64,000 bases of DNA from Octopus sinensis (lineage: Eukaryota): contig NC_042997.1 of the NCBI RefSeq assembly GCF_006345805.1, forward strand, positions 159,278,001 through 159,342,000, given 5' to 3'. Numbering within the stretch: the stretch's first letter is position 1; every line of letters starts with the position of its first letter. The notes under the pieces were generated by a model, which worked only from the letters and a program-made list of their open reading frames with translations, searched no databases and was not told the DNA's origin. A program made the position numbers and the translations under genes. Of this stretch, positions 1 to 12,670 are shown in pieces.

Positions 1-190
1 GAGCTGGCAGAATCATTTGCAAGTCAGACAAAATGCTTAGCAGCATTTATTCTGGGTCTTTACATTCTGATTTCAAATTCCATTAAGGTCGACTTGGCAT
101 ATCATCCTTTTATGGTAAATAAAACAAGTACCAGTTGAATATTGGGGCTGATGTAAAATTACCAGTCTTGTACCAAAATTTGAAACCACT
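1..190 (+). mobile_element. SINE family A copy (tRNA-like head plus conserved central domain), cut by window edge
   Basis: Matches the family seen at 6514-8032, 30073 and 50834 (GAGCTGGCAGAATC...TTCAAATTCC...GGTCGACTT...TTTCATCCTTT...AAGTACCAGTTG). Confidence 0.8.
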
Positions 191-562
191 ATTGTTTGAG
201 GAGGTGGATTAATAGAATTGCTAGAGTGTAGGATAAAATAACTTGCAGTATTTAGATATGACTCTTTATGTTCTGAGTTCAAATCCCACCTTCGTTATTG
301 GTTATAGATTTCCATCAATTCAATCATTTATTCACTGCATTTGCAATGGCAAGAGTGTTAGATTGTATACACTACTCTGGCAGGATAAGTGTTTTTGTTT
401 GCATACAGCTGTTTAACAGATTTCTTGGTGTTGCATATATCTATGTATGTTTAGTATACTAGTTTAATAGTACAGAGAAAAACTTATGGCTATCTATAAT
501 ACATATAATGCACACATACATAAATATATATCTATATACATGCATATTCATATGTGTGTGTC

Positions 563-603
<41 letters not shown>

Positions 604-778
604 GTATATGCATATATACACATATATATATATGTGTGTGTATGATGGGTTTCAACATAGTTGCTCAACTTGGTAGAAATAACAGCTGAATTTCTCTCTT
701 ATCACATCCCACTTCCTTTACATTTCACAATGCACTCCTAGATATAAAATGTTTCTTTGATAACAGGTCTCCTCAGTT

Positions 779-1110
779 AGGATGGCTCAGTGGTTAAAGC
801 ATCGAGCTTATGATCGTGAGGTTGTGAGTTTGAATCCTGGACCAGGCTGCGTGTTGTGTTCTTGAGCAAGACACTTTATTTCACGTTGCTCCAGTTCACT
901 CAACCGTAGAAATGAGTTGCGACGTCACAGGTGTGAAGCTGTATTGGCCTTTGACTTTCCCTTGGATAGCACTGGTGGCATGGAGAGGGGAGGCCGGTAT
1001 GCATGGGCGATTGCTGGTCTTCCATAAGCAACCTTGCCCGGACTTGTGCCTGGGAGGGTAACTTTCTAGGTGTGATCCCACAGTCAGTCATGACTGAAGG
1101 GAGGGGTCTC
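779..1110 (+). mobile_element. tRNA-derived SINE family B, near full length
   Basis: A-box-like TGGCTCAGTGGTTA and B-box-like GTTTGAATCC, then CTTGAGCAAGACACTT domain; antisense copies at 7421-7682 and 22704-23032. Confidence 0.85.
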
Positions 1111-1261
1111 AAAGCTAAACAAGAACACTAATACCAATAACAACACCATCACAATCATCAGTAATGATTGGCATCATTATGCTAACGCTATCATCCTGAT
1201 TACTAACCAAGGCCATCAAACAACAACCACAAACTGTTTATGAAATAGTCTAAATGCACAC

Positions 1262-1292
<31 letters not shown>

Positions 1293-1769
1293 TAATAATA
1301 ATAATAATAACAACAAGAACAAGATCAACGGCCAGAAAACAATAATTTCTTCAGCTAGAGAAAAGATGAAGAGGAGAGGAAAATTGGCTTAATCTAGTCT
1401 GTCCACTTTGCTGACATGTAAATAATGTCCACTCTACTGATGTGTAAATAAGATGAGAAACAAGCAAGAATTAAGTTGAAATAGTGGAGTGAATAGCTTA
1501 TGCAAATATTGAACTAAAGAATAGTGCACGGTTCTTTAAATCTGCTTGTGGCAGAATGACATAGATGTACAAGTGATGGGTAATGAATGTGGAGGAGAGC
1601 GAGATAAAGATAACATCAAGGTAGTGATTATGATGGTAATAATGATTGCAATTTCATGATGATGATGACGATGATGATGATGACCAATTGATTGATTACT
1701 CTGAATTGGCCAATATGATGCTGGATGGTGATGGTGGAGATATGGTAATGTATTTTTAAGAGCAGACCT

Positions 1770-2160
1770 AATCTGATCAAGGTGACCTATGATCAAAGCG
1801 GTTCCAGCTGTGACCATCCAGTCATTTTTCTGTCCAGGGATTATATATCTAGGACTACATTATCCAATGTAATTCTTTAATTTTGATTTCATGAACCTGC
1901 TACTAATAAATTCCATAAATGTCTCAGTGATAATGTTAATGTTGTCATTATTGTTTTATCCCAAGTAGGTTCTCATTAAGCAGAACTATGATCAAAAGAC
2001 ATTCCAGCCATGAGCATCCCATCACTTTTCTTAGATGTGGTGTATCCAAACTATAATATTCAATGTATCTGGTTAATAAAAAAGATAGGTGTGGTTTCAA
2101 TAAGATTTACCTGCTAACTCTAGCAGGTCGAACAAGCACTTAGAGGCTCCCTTAATTGCT
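1770..2160 (+). repeat. Unclassified dispersed repeat (GATCAAAG..TTCCAGC..TGACCATCC family), two fragments
   Basis: The same motifs recur in both orientations near 5040, 6130, 8440, 17830, 19110, 34420, 37450, 48580, 50150 and 52400. Confidence 0.6.
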
Positions 2161-3082
2161 TTGTGTTAATGTCTTTGATAAAGGTGGTTGATGTACATCT
2201 CCAAGTGATATTGGTAAATGGAGTTGCTAATAATGGATTCAATGACATTTATAATTACTTTAAAAATGCAACACATTAAAGAAGGCACCACCTTCAGCTA
2301 TATCACACAAAAGTTACTAGAACCAGCAAGTCTGTTTCCATAACAAATACACTAATTACAAGATCAACAACTTACATTAAGCAGTAAGACTTAATATCAA
2401 AGAAGCTCAAATTTTAAAGAAACAATCTATAAAGAGTATTTAGCTTTTTATAACCTCCAGATATGAAGAATGGACAGAATAATAATGGCATTTATAGTGA
2501 AGTTACTTATAAACTTATAATGAAGGATATAGAGCTGTCATGAAGAGAGTATTTTCATTATCTGCATGATGATGATAGATTAGATTCTTCCAGATTGGCA
2601 CTATTTTATACATTATTGATCTCTTTTATCAGAATAAGGTTTACAGAAGAAACGGAAAATGAGGTAGTTTAATGTCCATACCCTCCCAAGGGAATAAAAT
2701 CTAACCCTTTAAAACTTTTCAGATATTAAATATTTTAAATAAATACTCATCTGATTGCATTTATATCACCAAAATAAAAGAAAGATGAAGGTAAATGAGT
2801 GAAAATAGGGAAAGTTTCAACTTCATGTGTAATCCAGATGATTAAAAAGTACTTCGAAGAGCTAATGACAAGAACATTATTTAACCAAAGTTTTAATGAA
2901 ATACAATGTCCAAAATCAAGAATGGTAACATAACTAACTTTTGTCATAATGAAACTGGTGTTTGGAATATATTGTTATAACCAAGGATTTCTCCTTGCAA
3001 TTAATATAGCTAAGATTATATCCTAATGACTGGTCTTTTCTTTCAAAGTAAAACCTACTTCAGACACAAAAAATTATTGACA

Positions 3083-3325
3083 TTTTATAAAGCTCAGGTG
3101 GGTCCCACAATGGCGTACAACTCTCATATCTGGAACAGTGCTGCTGCTGCATACACAAACTTCCTAAACCACATTTGAAAAGGGCCAATCAGCTGACTGG
3201 CATAAGCTCACTCACAAATACACTCTAGCTGCTGGCCTACAGGTATGCTCTGTACTCCCTGCCTTTTCTAATGCTATTACAACAGCCTCTGCCCCTCAAA
3301 TCTGGCTGGGCCCATGCCACCTCCA
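3083..3325 (+). mobile_element. Decayed CR1/Jockey-group LINE fragment, post-RT region
   Basis: Translates FYKAQVGPTMAYNSHIWNSA..., resembling the LYKAQVRPxMEYxSHxW motif; has stops and frameshifts. Confidence 0.7.
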
Positions 3326-3337
3326 CTCAGGTATTTA

Positions 3338-3465
3338 AATTTTGGCACAAGGTCAGCCATTTGAGAGGAGGGGGCAAGTTGATTACATCAACCCCAGTAT
3401 TTGACTGGTACTATATTTTATCAACCAAATAAAAGGCAAAGTAGACCTTGGCAAGATTTTATAAG
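3338..3465 (-). mobile_element. SINE family A fragment
   Basis: Reverse complement of the family A central and 3' part (AAATTTTGGCACAAGG...ACTGGTAC...AAAGGCAAAGTAGACC). Confidence 0.7.
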
Positions 3466-4589
3466 AATATTAATAATAAAATGGATGGCCATAGCTAGAT
3501 TTCAGATTAATATCTATTAAATCAGGACTAAACAGCAGCTTAGAGTTAACCAAAGAAAGCTTTGTGAGTACAATTTAGTAAATGGAAAATGTTCAGAAGC
3601 CTGCGAGAGAAGCTGTTTCTGTTCCTTAATCTGTCACCCAATATAACAACACCAACTGGCCCTTGAGTACCTTTAACAGAATCAACTCTGCTGCAATTTG
3701 TTTTGAATCTGAGGATAACTTCTCCCCTTCTTCCTCTGCCTAAGCCATGTAAAAATATTTTTTTAAATTCATTCTCATAAGTGACCACCCTGTCTCATTG
3801 TACATTCAAGACTGCATTATACAATGTGACCTTTATATAAGACAGAAGAATATGGACTGATGTGAAGGAAATTTGGCTTGTATTTCTAGTAGGTGGATTG
3901 ACCATAGTGAGTTCATTTAAGGTAGTGTGCATGTGTGTACACCTAAGTGCAATCAGACAGAGGTGCGTATGTATAGTAAACAATTGTGTACTATGTCTCT
4001 GGATATATTAATAAAGTGATACACACACACACACACACACACATACATACATACATACATACACGTATGTATGTTGCAAAGAACCATTCAAGCTATTCAC
4101 ATAGACAAAAACTGAAAACAGCAAGTGTTTCAGAATGATAACTTAACTTAAAGTTGCTATGAGATCTAATCAACTGTGAAATGTCTAACAAGGTGTGTGA
4201 TGCCCCACTGAACATTAGTATCCCTCATCATCATCTGAGGAGATACAATATCATTACAACCAAGATACTGAGAGGACTATTCAAGTGCGTATGCATTAAT
4301 AACACATCGATTTTTCACTACAAGATTGTGTAAAGAAATGAAGCAGACTGTCAAATGGGTTTAGATTGGAATTTAGATAAATTTCAGTTGTGCAGCTATT
4401 AATGGAGACTTTCAGGACAAATTTCATAAATTCAGCAGATCATCACTAGTATTGATGTTTAAGATGATGACAATATTGATGACAATATGTGCCATTTGTA
4501 ACAAATGAAAAACACATTGTACAGCTTAATACTTGTTTGAACATTTATCAACCAATATATACCACCCTAAAGTCCAACCCCTCCTCAAA

Positions 4590-4940
4590 GCAGTAGGGTG
4601 GTGTAAACGGGCAGTGTCAGAGCTATGCCGGCGGGAACTTCGGTTCCTGGTAGGGCCACCCAAAGCGAACTGGTCTGGCACCGAGCGGTATTAGGGCCGT
4701 AGCCTGGCCAACGGGGCTCTGGTGAAAATTCCAAGAGGCGTCTGATCGGCAACCGGCAGCTTCAAGGTCATTCTGTCCCTGCGTCTGTGGAGACTCCACA
4801 GCAAACAGGGCATCCTGTTACTCAGGATATGCATGCGGGATGTCGGGGACTGCTTGTGAATTCAATATTCCCACGAAACTTCTTCAAAAAGAGAAGAAGT
4901 CGGCTCAACCTGTCCAGAGTGAACGCCATCACAAGTACAA
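4590..4940 (+). other. GC-rich structured block, probably a non-LTR retrotransposon 5' UTR
   Basis: Sharp GC rise in AT-rich DNA; stems GGGTGGT/GCCACCC and GTGTCAGA/TCTGGCAC, a GGAAC-TTCG-GTTCC hairpin and two further hairpins; no long ORF. Confidence 0.4.
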
Positions 4941-5550
4941 GTAAGTAACCAATATATAAGCAAAGAAGACTATATCTGTGGATCACACCTAGTCATTTTT
5001 CAATAACTGTAAATGTTTTGTAAACCTTGAGCTCCAGCTGTTGTTTAGCACCAGGCCATCTCTGATCAAGTAAACTAATGATCAGGATCATACCAGCAGT
5101 AAGCTCCTCATTTTGTTTTTTTCAAGAATAGTGTGTATATATCTAGATCATTATACAGTGTATAAGTCTGCATAATCAGAGCTGACCTACAGCTATTTAC
5201 AAATGGAAGTTTACTCAACACCACTGAAGGTGCAATGGGCATTATTGCTAAAACAAAAACTCAATAAGACTAGCACTCTCTGCAGTAAGCAATAACATGT
5301 GAGAAGTGGTGAAATGACAAAGTAAGATTATTGGACAACTATGATATAGACCTTGAGTCCAAATTTACTGTCTAAATTTTAATGTACATCTGAATCATAC
5401 ATATGATTCTACATGCGACACTCTACCACACTCTGAGGAAACATGAAATGTTTAAAAGAGATTCAGTCACTAGTTTCAACTGGTCAAACGATCCTACAAA
5501 GGCTCCTTTATTGGTTAAAAAATGTTGTTCTTATATAAATCCAGAAGCCA

Positions 5551-5762
5551 TTAACCCTTTAGTATTCAGATTATTCTGTCAAATGAAAAGCTTCTTTATT
5601 CATATTTTTTTAATTAATAATGCATTATCTTGTAGCTTTGAGATTTCGATGGTGCTTTAGTTTTAGAATGACATTGTAGTGTAAGTGGTTGAATCTTGCC
5701 AATTTGAACATAAAACAGTTGGAATATTTGAGCCAGATATGGTTGTTTGAAATGCTTAAGGG
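5551..5762 (+). mobile_element. piggyBac-type MITE (TTAA-CCCTTT...)
   Basis: Starts TTAACCCTTTAG; same family as 44886, 46177 and 51337; right end eroded. Confidence 0.7.
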
Positions 5763-6513
5763 ACACTAATGAAATGTTTGGTTTCATGTAATTTACCTTG
5801 AACAATCAGCATGATACAGCTCATGTCATTGTAAGACCTCTACTTACAAGCAGAATTGAACTAGGATATAGAAATATTTTATATACAAGCAATTGTCTCT
5901 CATCTAATTAACATTCTGAAACTACACCAAAAAATCTGCTATTACAAACACAAAGTCCAGCCAACAAAGAAGACAATCTGCTAGCTTGAACTGCTAAAAA
6001 TAGCAACCAAATCTCTTTCATGTAACACTGTTTTATCTGAAAAATAAAGGACACACTGTATAATGTTCTAGATATATACACACTATTCTTGAAAAAAACA
6101 AAATGTGGAGCTTACTGCTGGTATGATCTTGATCATTAGTTTACTTGATTAGAGATGGCCTGGTGCTAAACAACAGCTGCAGCTCAAGGTTTACTTTCTG
6201 TCTTATCAATGCCATAAGGATGGATTGGAGAATGAAAATAATAATAAACGATGACAGTAATGATGATAGATGATATTATTTGACTACTGTATTTGATGGA
6301 GAACAAGAAACATCTCTTTTAAAAGAAAGTAACTCAGAAAGATTTCTTAACCCTGCAACTTGCATGCATAAGTTAAGGCTTCTTGCAGACCAATGTTAAC
6401 TATGGAATAATGACTTTAATAGACTACCAGTGAGTCCACAAAGCTCAACTCCTTCATATTGTGACATCATTTAGTTAAATATTATTACCAGTGCTTATTA
6501 TTATTATTATTAA

Positions 6514-6944
6514 GGCAGCGAGCTGGCAGAATCGTTAGCATGCTGGGCGAACTGCTTAGTGGTATTCCGCCTGTTGCTACATTCTGAGTTCAAATTCCAT
6601 CAAGGTTAACTTTACCTTTCATCCTTTCAGGGTCAATAAATTAAGTACCAGTTGAGTACTGGGGTTGATATATCCCTTTCCCCCATATTTCAGGCCTTGT
6701 GCCAATAATAGAAAGTATTATGATTATTATCAAAGCAGCAAGTTGGCAGAATCGTTAGCATGTTGGGCGAACTGTTTAATAGTATTCCGCCCCTCACTAC
6801 ATTCTGAGTTCAAATTCCAAGGTCGACTTTCCCTTTCATCCTTTTGGGCTCGATAAATTAAGTACCGGTGAAACACTGGAGTCAATGTAATTGACTAGTC
6901 CCCTCCCGCTAAATTTCAGGCCTTGTGCATTTATCAGAAAGGAC

Positions 6945-6975
<31 letters not shown>

Positions 6976-8032
6976 ACTATTATTATTATTATTATTATTA
7001 ATAATAGTGGCATTTCATCTGTCATAACATTCTGAGTTCAAATTCTACTGAGGTCAACTTTGTCTTTCATATTTTCAGGGTCAATGAAATAAGTAAAGTT
7101 GAGCACTGGGGTTGATGAAATCAACTAGCCTCTTCCCTTAAAATTTCTGGCCTTATGCCTATCATAGCACAATTATTATTAAGGAAGTGGGCTCACAGAA
7201 TCCTTAGCATGCCAGACAAAATGTTTTAGTGGCATTTTATCAGTCATTACATTCTCAGTTCAAATTCAACTGAGGTCAACTTTGCCTTTCATCTTTTTGA
7301 GATCAAATAAGTACCAGTTGAGTACTGGAGTCAATGAAATCAACTGTCTCTCTCCCACAAAATCTCAGGCCTAGAGCCTATTGTAGAAAGGATCATTATT
7401 ATCATTATTATTAAAGGGTAAAGACCTCCTTCAGTCACAAATGACCATTGACCATGGGATTGCACCTAGAAAGTTACCCTCCAAGGCGCAAGTCCGGGCA
7501 AGGTTGTTTATGAAAGATCAGCAGTTACCCATGCATACCAGCCTCCCTTCTATACATCATCAATGTTATCCAAGGGAACAGCAAAGGTATATACAGCTTG
7601 GCACCAGTGATGTCACACCTCATTTCTACAGCTGAGTGAACAGGAACAACATGAAATAAAGTATCTTGCTCAAGAACATGACACAGAATTGTTAAAGTAT
7701 CAGACAAAAGGCTCAGTGATATTTCTCACATTCTGATTTCAAATTCATTGATAAAAAAAAGTATCAGTTGAGTATTGGTGTCAATGTAATTAAGTTACCT
7801 CTCTCACTAAAATTTTGGTATTTGTACCAAAATCTGAAATGTAGGTGGCAAGCTGGTAGAAGTGTTAGCACACCAAGCAAAATACTTAGCAGCATTTCAC
7901 CCATTTTGACATTCAGAGTTAAAATTCTGCCCCTTTTGTTGTCATTAAAATCAGTAACCAGTTGAGCACAGGGGTCAATATAATTGACTTTCCTACACCT
8001 CAAAATTGCTGGACTTGTACCAAAATAAAGAT
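6514..8032 (+). mobile_element. Head-to-tail chain of about six SINE family A copies separated by (ATT)n
   Basis: Copies start near 6514, 6734, 7007, 7181, 7690 and 7846; most are preceded by an ATT repeat; a family B copy interrupts the chain. Confidence 0.85.
7421..7682 (-). mobile_element. SINE family B, 5'-truncated
   Basis: Reverse complement of the body and tail of the 779-1110 element. Confidence 0.8.
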
Positions 8033-8049
8033 TATCATTATTATTATTA

Positions 8050-8081
<32 letters not shown>

Positions 8082-8530
8082 GTTGTTGTTGTTACTGCTG
8101 TTGTTATCTTTAATGAAGAAAGGATGTATATAAATTAAATCTTGTAGTCTCGAGACTAATTTCATTCACACAGCCCAAAATCTTCATAAGTAATCAAATC
8201 TGAACTGTTGCAAGTATTAAGCATCTCTATTTATGTCTTAACAACCACAATTATCTTACTTTTATCACTTGGAAGCATCTGTTAGATTTTTCAAAGAAAT
8301 TTCAAATTAGAATAATAATGGTGAGTAACAATAAAATTCACTTTTATTGCCACCACTTCTGAAGACTCAACATTATCTCCTGTGTGAGCTAGAGTATTAT
8401 ATTCAGGTTCATGATCAATTACTGTTGTTTAACCATGGGTCAGCTCTTTGTAGGCACATCTTTGATCAAGAGCACTCCAGTTCAGACTATCCACTTTTTT
8501 ATTTTTCTGCCTGACTACATCGTCTAATGT

Positions 8531-8760
8531 GAAGGCATGTGGCCTAGTGGTTGGGAGTATTGCACTCACAATTGCAAGATTATGGTTTCAATTCTGGGGC
8601 TGATCAGTGCATTGTGTTCATGAGCAAAACATGATTTCACAATCTTCCAGTCTACTCAGCTATAAATGAGTAACCCTGCAAGCGACTGGCATCCTGTCCA
8701 GTAGAGTGAAGTGATCTCATTCACTTATATGTCATAACATCTAAGTAACCAAATCTATGA
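8531..8760 (+). mobile_element. tRNA-derived SINE, family B-related
   Basis: GGCCTAGTGGTT A-box-like and GTTTCAATTC B-box-like motifs, then CATGAGCAAAAC domain; related antisense copy near 63325-63495. Confidence 0.65.
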
Positions 8761-8792
8761 ATGCAAGGACTCTAGACGGTATTTACTTTTAT

Positions 8793-8834
8793 ACTAGCAT
8801 TAAAGACCCGTTGTTACTGGGTCATAGTGCTAGT
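8793..8834. repeat. Nested hairpin ACTAGCA..GACCC/GGGTC..TGCTAGT, possible Helitron2/HINE-type terminus
   Basis: Double stem is directly visible; the element assignment rests on resemblance only. Confidence 0.35.
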
Positions 8835-8895
8835 GCATGTATATATGTGTATATATATATGTGTGTTCATATGACATGTACATATTACATGTACA

Positions 8896-9039
8896 TTACA
8901 GGAGTGGCTGTGTGGTAAGTAGCTTGGTAACCAACAACATGGTTCCGGGTTCAGTCCCACTTGCTATAGCCCCGGGTCGACCAATGCCTTGTGAGTGGAT
9001 TTGGTAGACGGAAACTGAAAGAAGCCTGTCGTATATGTG

Positions 9040-9070
<31 letters not shown>

Positions 9071-9290
9071 GTGTGTGTTTGAGTGTCTGTGTTTGTCCCC
9101 CTAGCATTGCTTGATAACCGATGCTGGTGTGTTTACGTCCTCGTCACTTAGCGGTTCAGCAAAAGAGACTGATAGAATAAGTACTGGGCTTACAAAGAAT
9201 AAGTCCCAGGGTCGATTTGCTCGACTAAAAGGCGGTGCTCCAGCATGGCCACAGTCAAATGACTGAAACAAGTAAAAGAGTAAAAGAGTA
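8896..9290 (+). mobile_element. SINE family C (CORE-like), young-looking copy with small internal deletion
   Basis: tRNA-like head GTGGCTGTGTGG...GGTTCAGTCCC, internal TA/TG microsatellite, tail GGTGCTCCAGCATGGCC...ACTGAAACAAGTAAAAGAG; lacks the GGCACCTTGGGCAAGTGTCTT segment present in other copies. Confidence 0.85.
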
Positions 9291-10195
9291 TCTATATATA
9301 TACATCTACACATAAAATGCAAAATACAAAGTTATATTTTGATATCGCTAGTGGTAACAATACTCAAAATATATAACAGACTGGAATTGTTAGCTCTTCT
9401 TTTTTCTCTACATTGTATACTTTATAGACAATAGTCTTTTCTTTAATTTAATTTTTTATTATCCATCTGGACTATTCCATTTCTGCATGCTAATTTTATT
9501 TTTAATTTATTCCCATTCATGTGAAATCACTTATTCAAGTTCAAATCATTGATGCAATTTTATACCAATTGCTATTTTTACTTTTGTTATGTTACGGTTA
9601 TATTATACTTTAGTTTGATTTTAATTATTACTTATTACATAGATGGAATGTCTTTGTTTTTAGGTATACTCATTCAGGTTTAACTGACTTAGAGTTAAAC
9701 AAGAACAAAAGGTACATGAATGCAGAAAACCAGAAATGAAAAAGCAATTTGTGGATGTAACTCACAATGTTTAGTCCTATATTGCTTAGAGCACTTTTTT
9801 AAAGGTCGGTGAAAATACAAAGGATTAAAATAAATGTGTTTCTACCAAGATAATAAACAAATTAACGCAACAAAAAATTTCAAGAGTTTAGCATAAATAT
9901 TATGTTATTATTATTAGTGTTACTTGGTTCTTTATAACAGCGGGTTATTAAAATCATCCACTGCACAAAAAGTGTCTAAAAGATTATGAAAATAAAATAT
10001 TAGAATTTCAATATATTTCAAAATTAATGCATAAAAAAGAAATTTACAATAAAACTCTTTTATTATGCTGAAGGTGCAGAATTGCAAGTGATTGATTTTA
10101 GAGCAGAAAATTCAGCCTAAAGAAAAAAAATAAATCCATGTGGTGTTGTTCACATTTATTGAAATGACTAGATTAACAAAGCTGGAATTAATTTA

Positions 10196-10375
10196 TCATC
10201 ATCATTGTTTAACGTCCTTCTTCCATGCTAGAATGGGTGGGACGGTACCACAGGAGTCAGTCAGGCTGAGGCTTGCACCAGACTTCTGTGACTGTTTTGG
10301 CAGGATTTTTACAATTGGATGCCCTTCCTAACACCAACCACTCAGCAGAGTGGACTTGGTGCTTTTACATGGCAC
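10196..10375 (-). mobile_element. RTE 3'-UTR fragment with (ATC)n tail
   Basis: Reverse complement of the 3' UTR at 28330-28525. Confidence 0.85.
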
Positions 10376-10391
10376 TCTCTTCTATCAGTTC

Positions 10392-10628
10392 AAGTTGTGC
10401 AGATGGCACATAAAAAGCACCATTTGACCGTAGCCGTTGCCAGCACCACCTGACTGGCCCTCGTGCCGGTGGCACATAAAAGCACCCACTATACTCTTGG
10501 AGTGGTTGGTGTTAGGAAGGGCATCCAGCTGTAGAAACTCTGCCAGATCAGACTGGAGTCTGGTGCAGTCAAATCGTCCAATCCATGCTAGCATGGAAAG
10601 CGGACGTTAAACGATGATGATGATGATG
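10392..10628 (+). mobile_element. RTE 3'-UTR fragment with (GAT)n tail
   Basis: Matches 28310-28525 (GGAAGGGCATCCAGC..GTAGAAACTCTGCCAGAT...GGACGTTAAACGATGATG). Confidence 0.85.
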
Positions 10629-11254
10629 ATAACCAATAAGAAGAATATGTGAGGACTGAAAACAGTTGTTTTTCCAAGGATTTGAGAAGCTGAATGCAGC
10701 CTTTAGGTATGTTTGAAATCAATAGAGAAACAAATAAGAGAGTCATATCAGAACCTTATATCACCAGGAAAAAGAGAAAAATTACTGTTATATAGGTATA
10801 TAAGAAGTGAAAGGGATTTAAGTATATAATTGGTTATGGCTTTGATGGCTCTGAAGTCAATGCATTGTTTAAAAATGGTGATACCAGAAGTAATGATGTT
10901 GATTTTTGTTCAGTTTCTTGGTCATGCTATGACGATTATCCCAGATATTTTTGTCAATCTTGTAGTAAAGTGTATCGGTAGCCTGCTTTTTATAAAGTGA
11001 CTTTTCTTAGTTATATTCTATATCATTGCAGAGTCACTTTAGCTGTGTAAGAATCTACAAAATCTGTTACAATCAATTGCTTTTTGTTTATCTTTTAATA
11101 GCTATATCTATTATAAAGCATGAAAATGTTTGGTTGTGCTTCTGTAGTTTGGTCGCTGATATAATTTCACAGCATCAAATCACTTTCCAAATAACTACTA
11201 TCTGAAATAAACTTCTGTTTTCCCTTATAATGTTTAATTCCTTTTTTCTCAATA

Positions 11255-11695
11255 GGCACAAGTGTGTTGGTGTGATTAAGAAACTTGCTTCTCAACCATG
11301 TGATCTCAGGTTCAGTCCACAGTGTGGCCAACCAATACCTTGTGAGTGTATATGTAGACAGAAATTGTAATAAACTTGTTGCATGCATGTGCATGTGTGT
11401 TTGTGTGCATGTGTGTATGTATGCATGCGTGAATGTATTTATTTGGTTGTACCCCAGTTTGGATATCAATTGGTTGTTGTCTATGAGTATCACCATCATA
11501 CAAGCAATGTAGTTAATTTCCAATCTTCCATGAAAAGATGTCTGAGCACAGGGAAATATTATCTTATTTGGAAACAGGTGATGGATGGTTGGTGACAGGA
11601 AGAACATCCTGCTGCAGAAAATCTCTACTTCAACAAATCCTATCTGACCCATGCAAGCATGTAAAAATGAATGCAAAAAGAGGATGATGATGATG
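11255..11695 (+). mobile_element. Family C-type SINE head joined to a different 3' segment
   Basis: Head resembles 8896; the 3' half is the reverse complement of 35140-35330 and ends in GATGAT. Confidence 0.55.
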
Positions 11696-12670
11696 ATGTA
11701 AATAACGATTTGGTCATATTTGATTTTTTTTCTTTGTGGTTCAAACTATATTGGCAGTTGCTTTTTTTTTGTTTATTTTTTAATCTAAATAATAACATGA
11801 CTACTTCTATTTTCTCTTTTAAATGACAGTCGTATTGCTAAAAGGTTATTCTTTTCAAAAACCTGCCATCATTGTTGCGTCTTTTATGCAGGCTTATTTC
11901 TGCAATGCTGTAATTATATGTTTCAATGAACATTAACTCCTCGAAGTACAGGAAAAATTCCTTTTTTCTTACTATATCTTTACTAATATAAGTGAAATGG
12001 AGAGTGTATAATATACCCTTGTTCCTTATATATCATCAATTGCAATAAATCCAGCAAGCAACATATGACCTGTTAATGTGTGTATATTAAGATTGAAGAT
12101 TCTTTCAAGGAAGTAAAAAAAAAGACTGAAATTACTTTCTACTGGATTTCCTATATTCACAGAAAGAACTGAAATTACCACAGCAGCTAACAATGAGGCT
12201 CTGATATTGGCTAGAAATAGTTGTCGAATCTCCCTCAAATTACATCTTCCTCTTCTAAGAAAAAAGACACACTAGATAATGTAGTTTGTGATACACCATT
12301 TCTGAAAATAAGATCATGGCCCGAATGCTTTCATTATTATTGTCCTTGTGTAATAACTGTTATTTCCTATTTTCCTAGCCCAAGAAAGTATGAAAAATGG
12401 CTAAGATTTCCTTCAAACTTTGCTTATTACATTTATTTAAATCTCAAAGAATCCCTCTCAACACATGGCTACAATGCTCTCCCACTATTCCTGTTCATGA
12501 TCAGTGATACACATACTGTCAGTCACTAAAGTACATGCTCAAGTGGTTAAGGTCAAGCAACTGACAACCATACAATGGAAAATAAATCAGTTTCAATATA
12601 TTAATGTCCAAAAGCAAAGTTTGAAGGGAATAGTAGTCATTTCCTTTAATTTCTAAATAGAAGCAAATAG

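Noticed and set aside
9700-9800. piggyBac-like Cys-rich tail (CGCNSQCLVLYCLEH)
   Set aside because: Only a few residues match, the frame is broken, and no DDD core is nearby.
12026-12238. Hydrophobic 70-aa ORF resembling a membrane protein
   Set aside because: Its start overlaps a dispersed repeat motif, it has no clear splice framework, and I recognise no homology.
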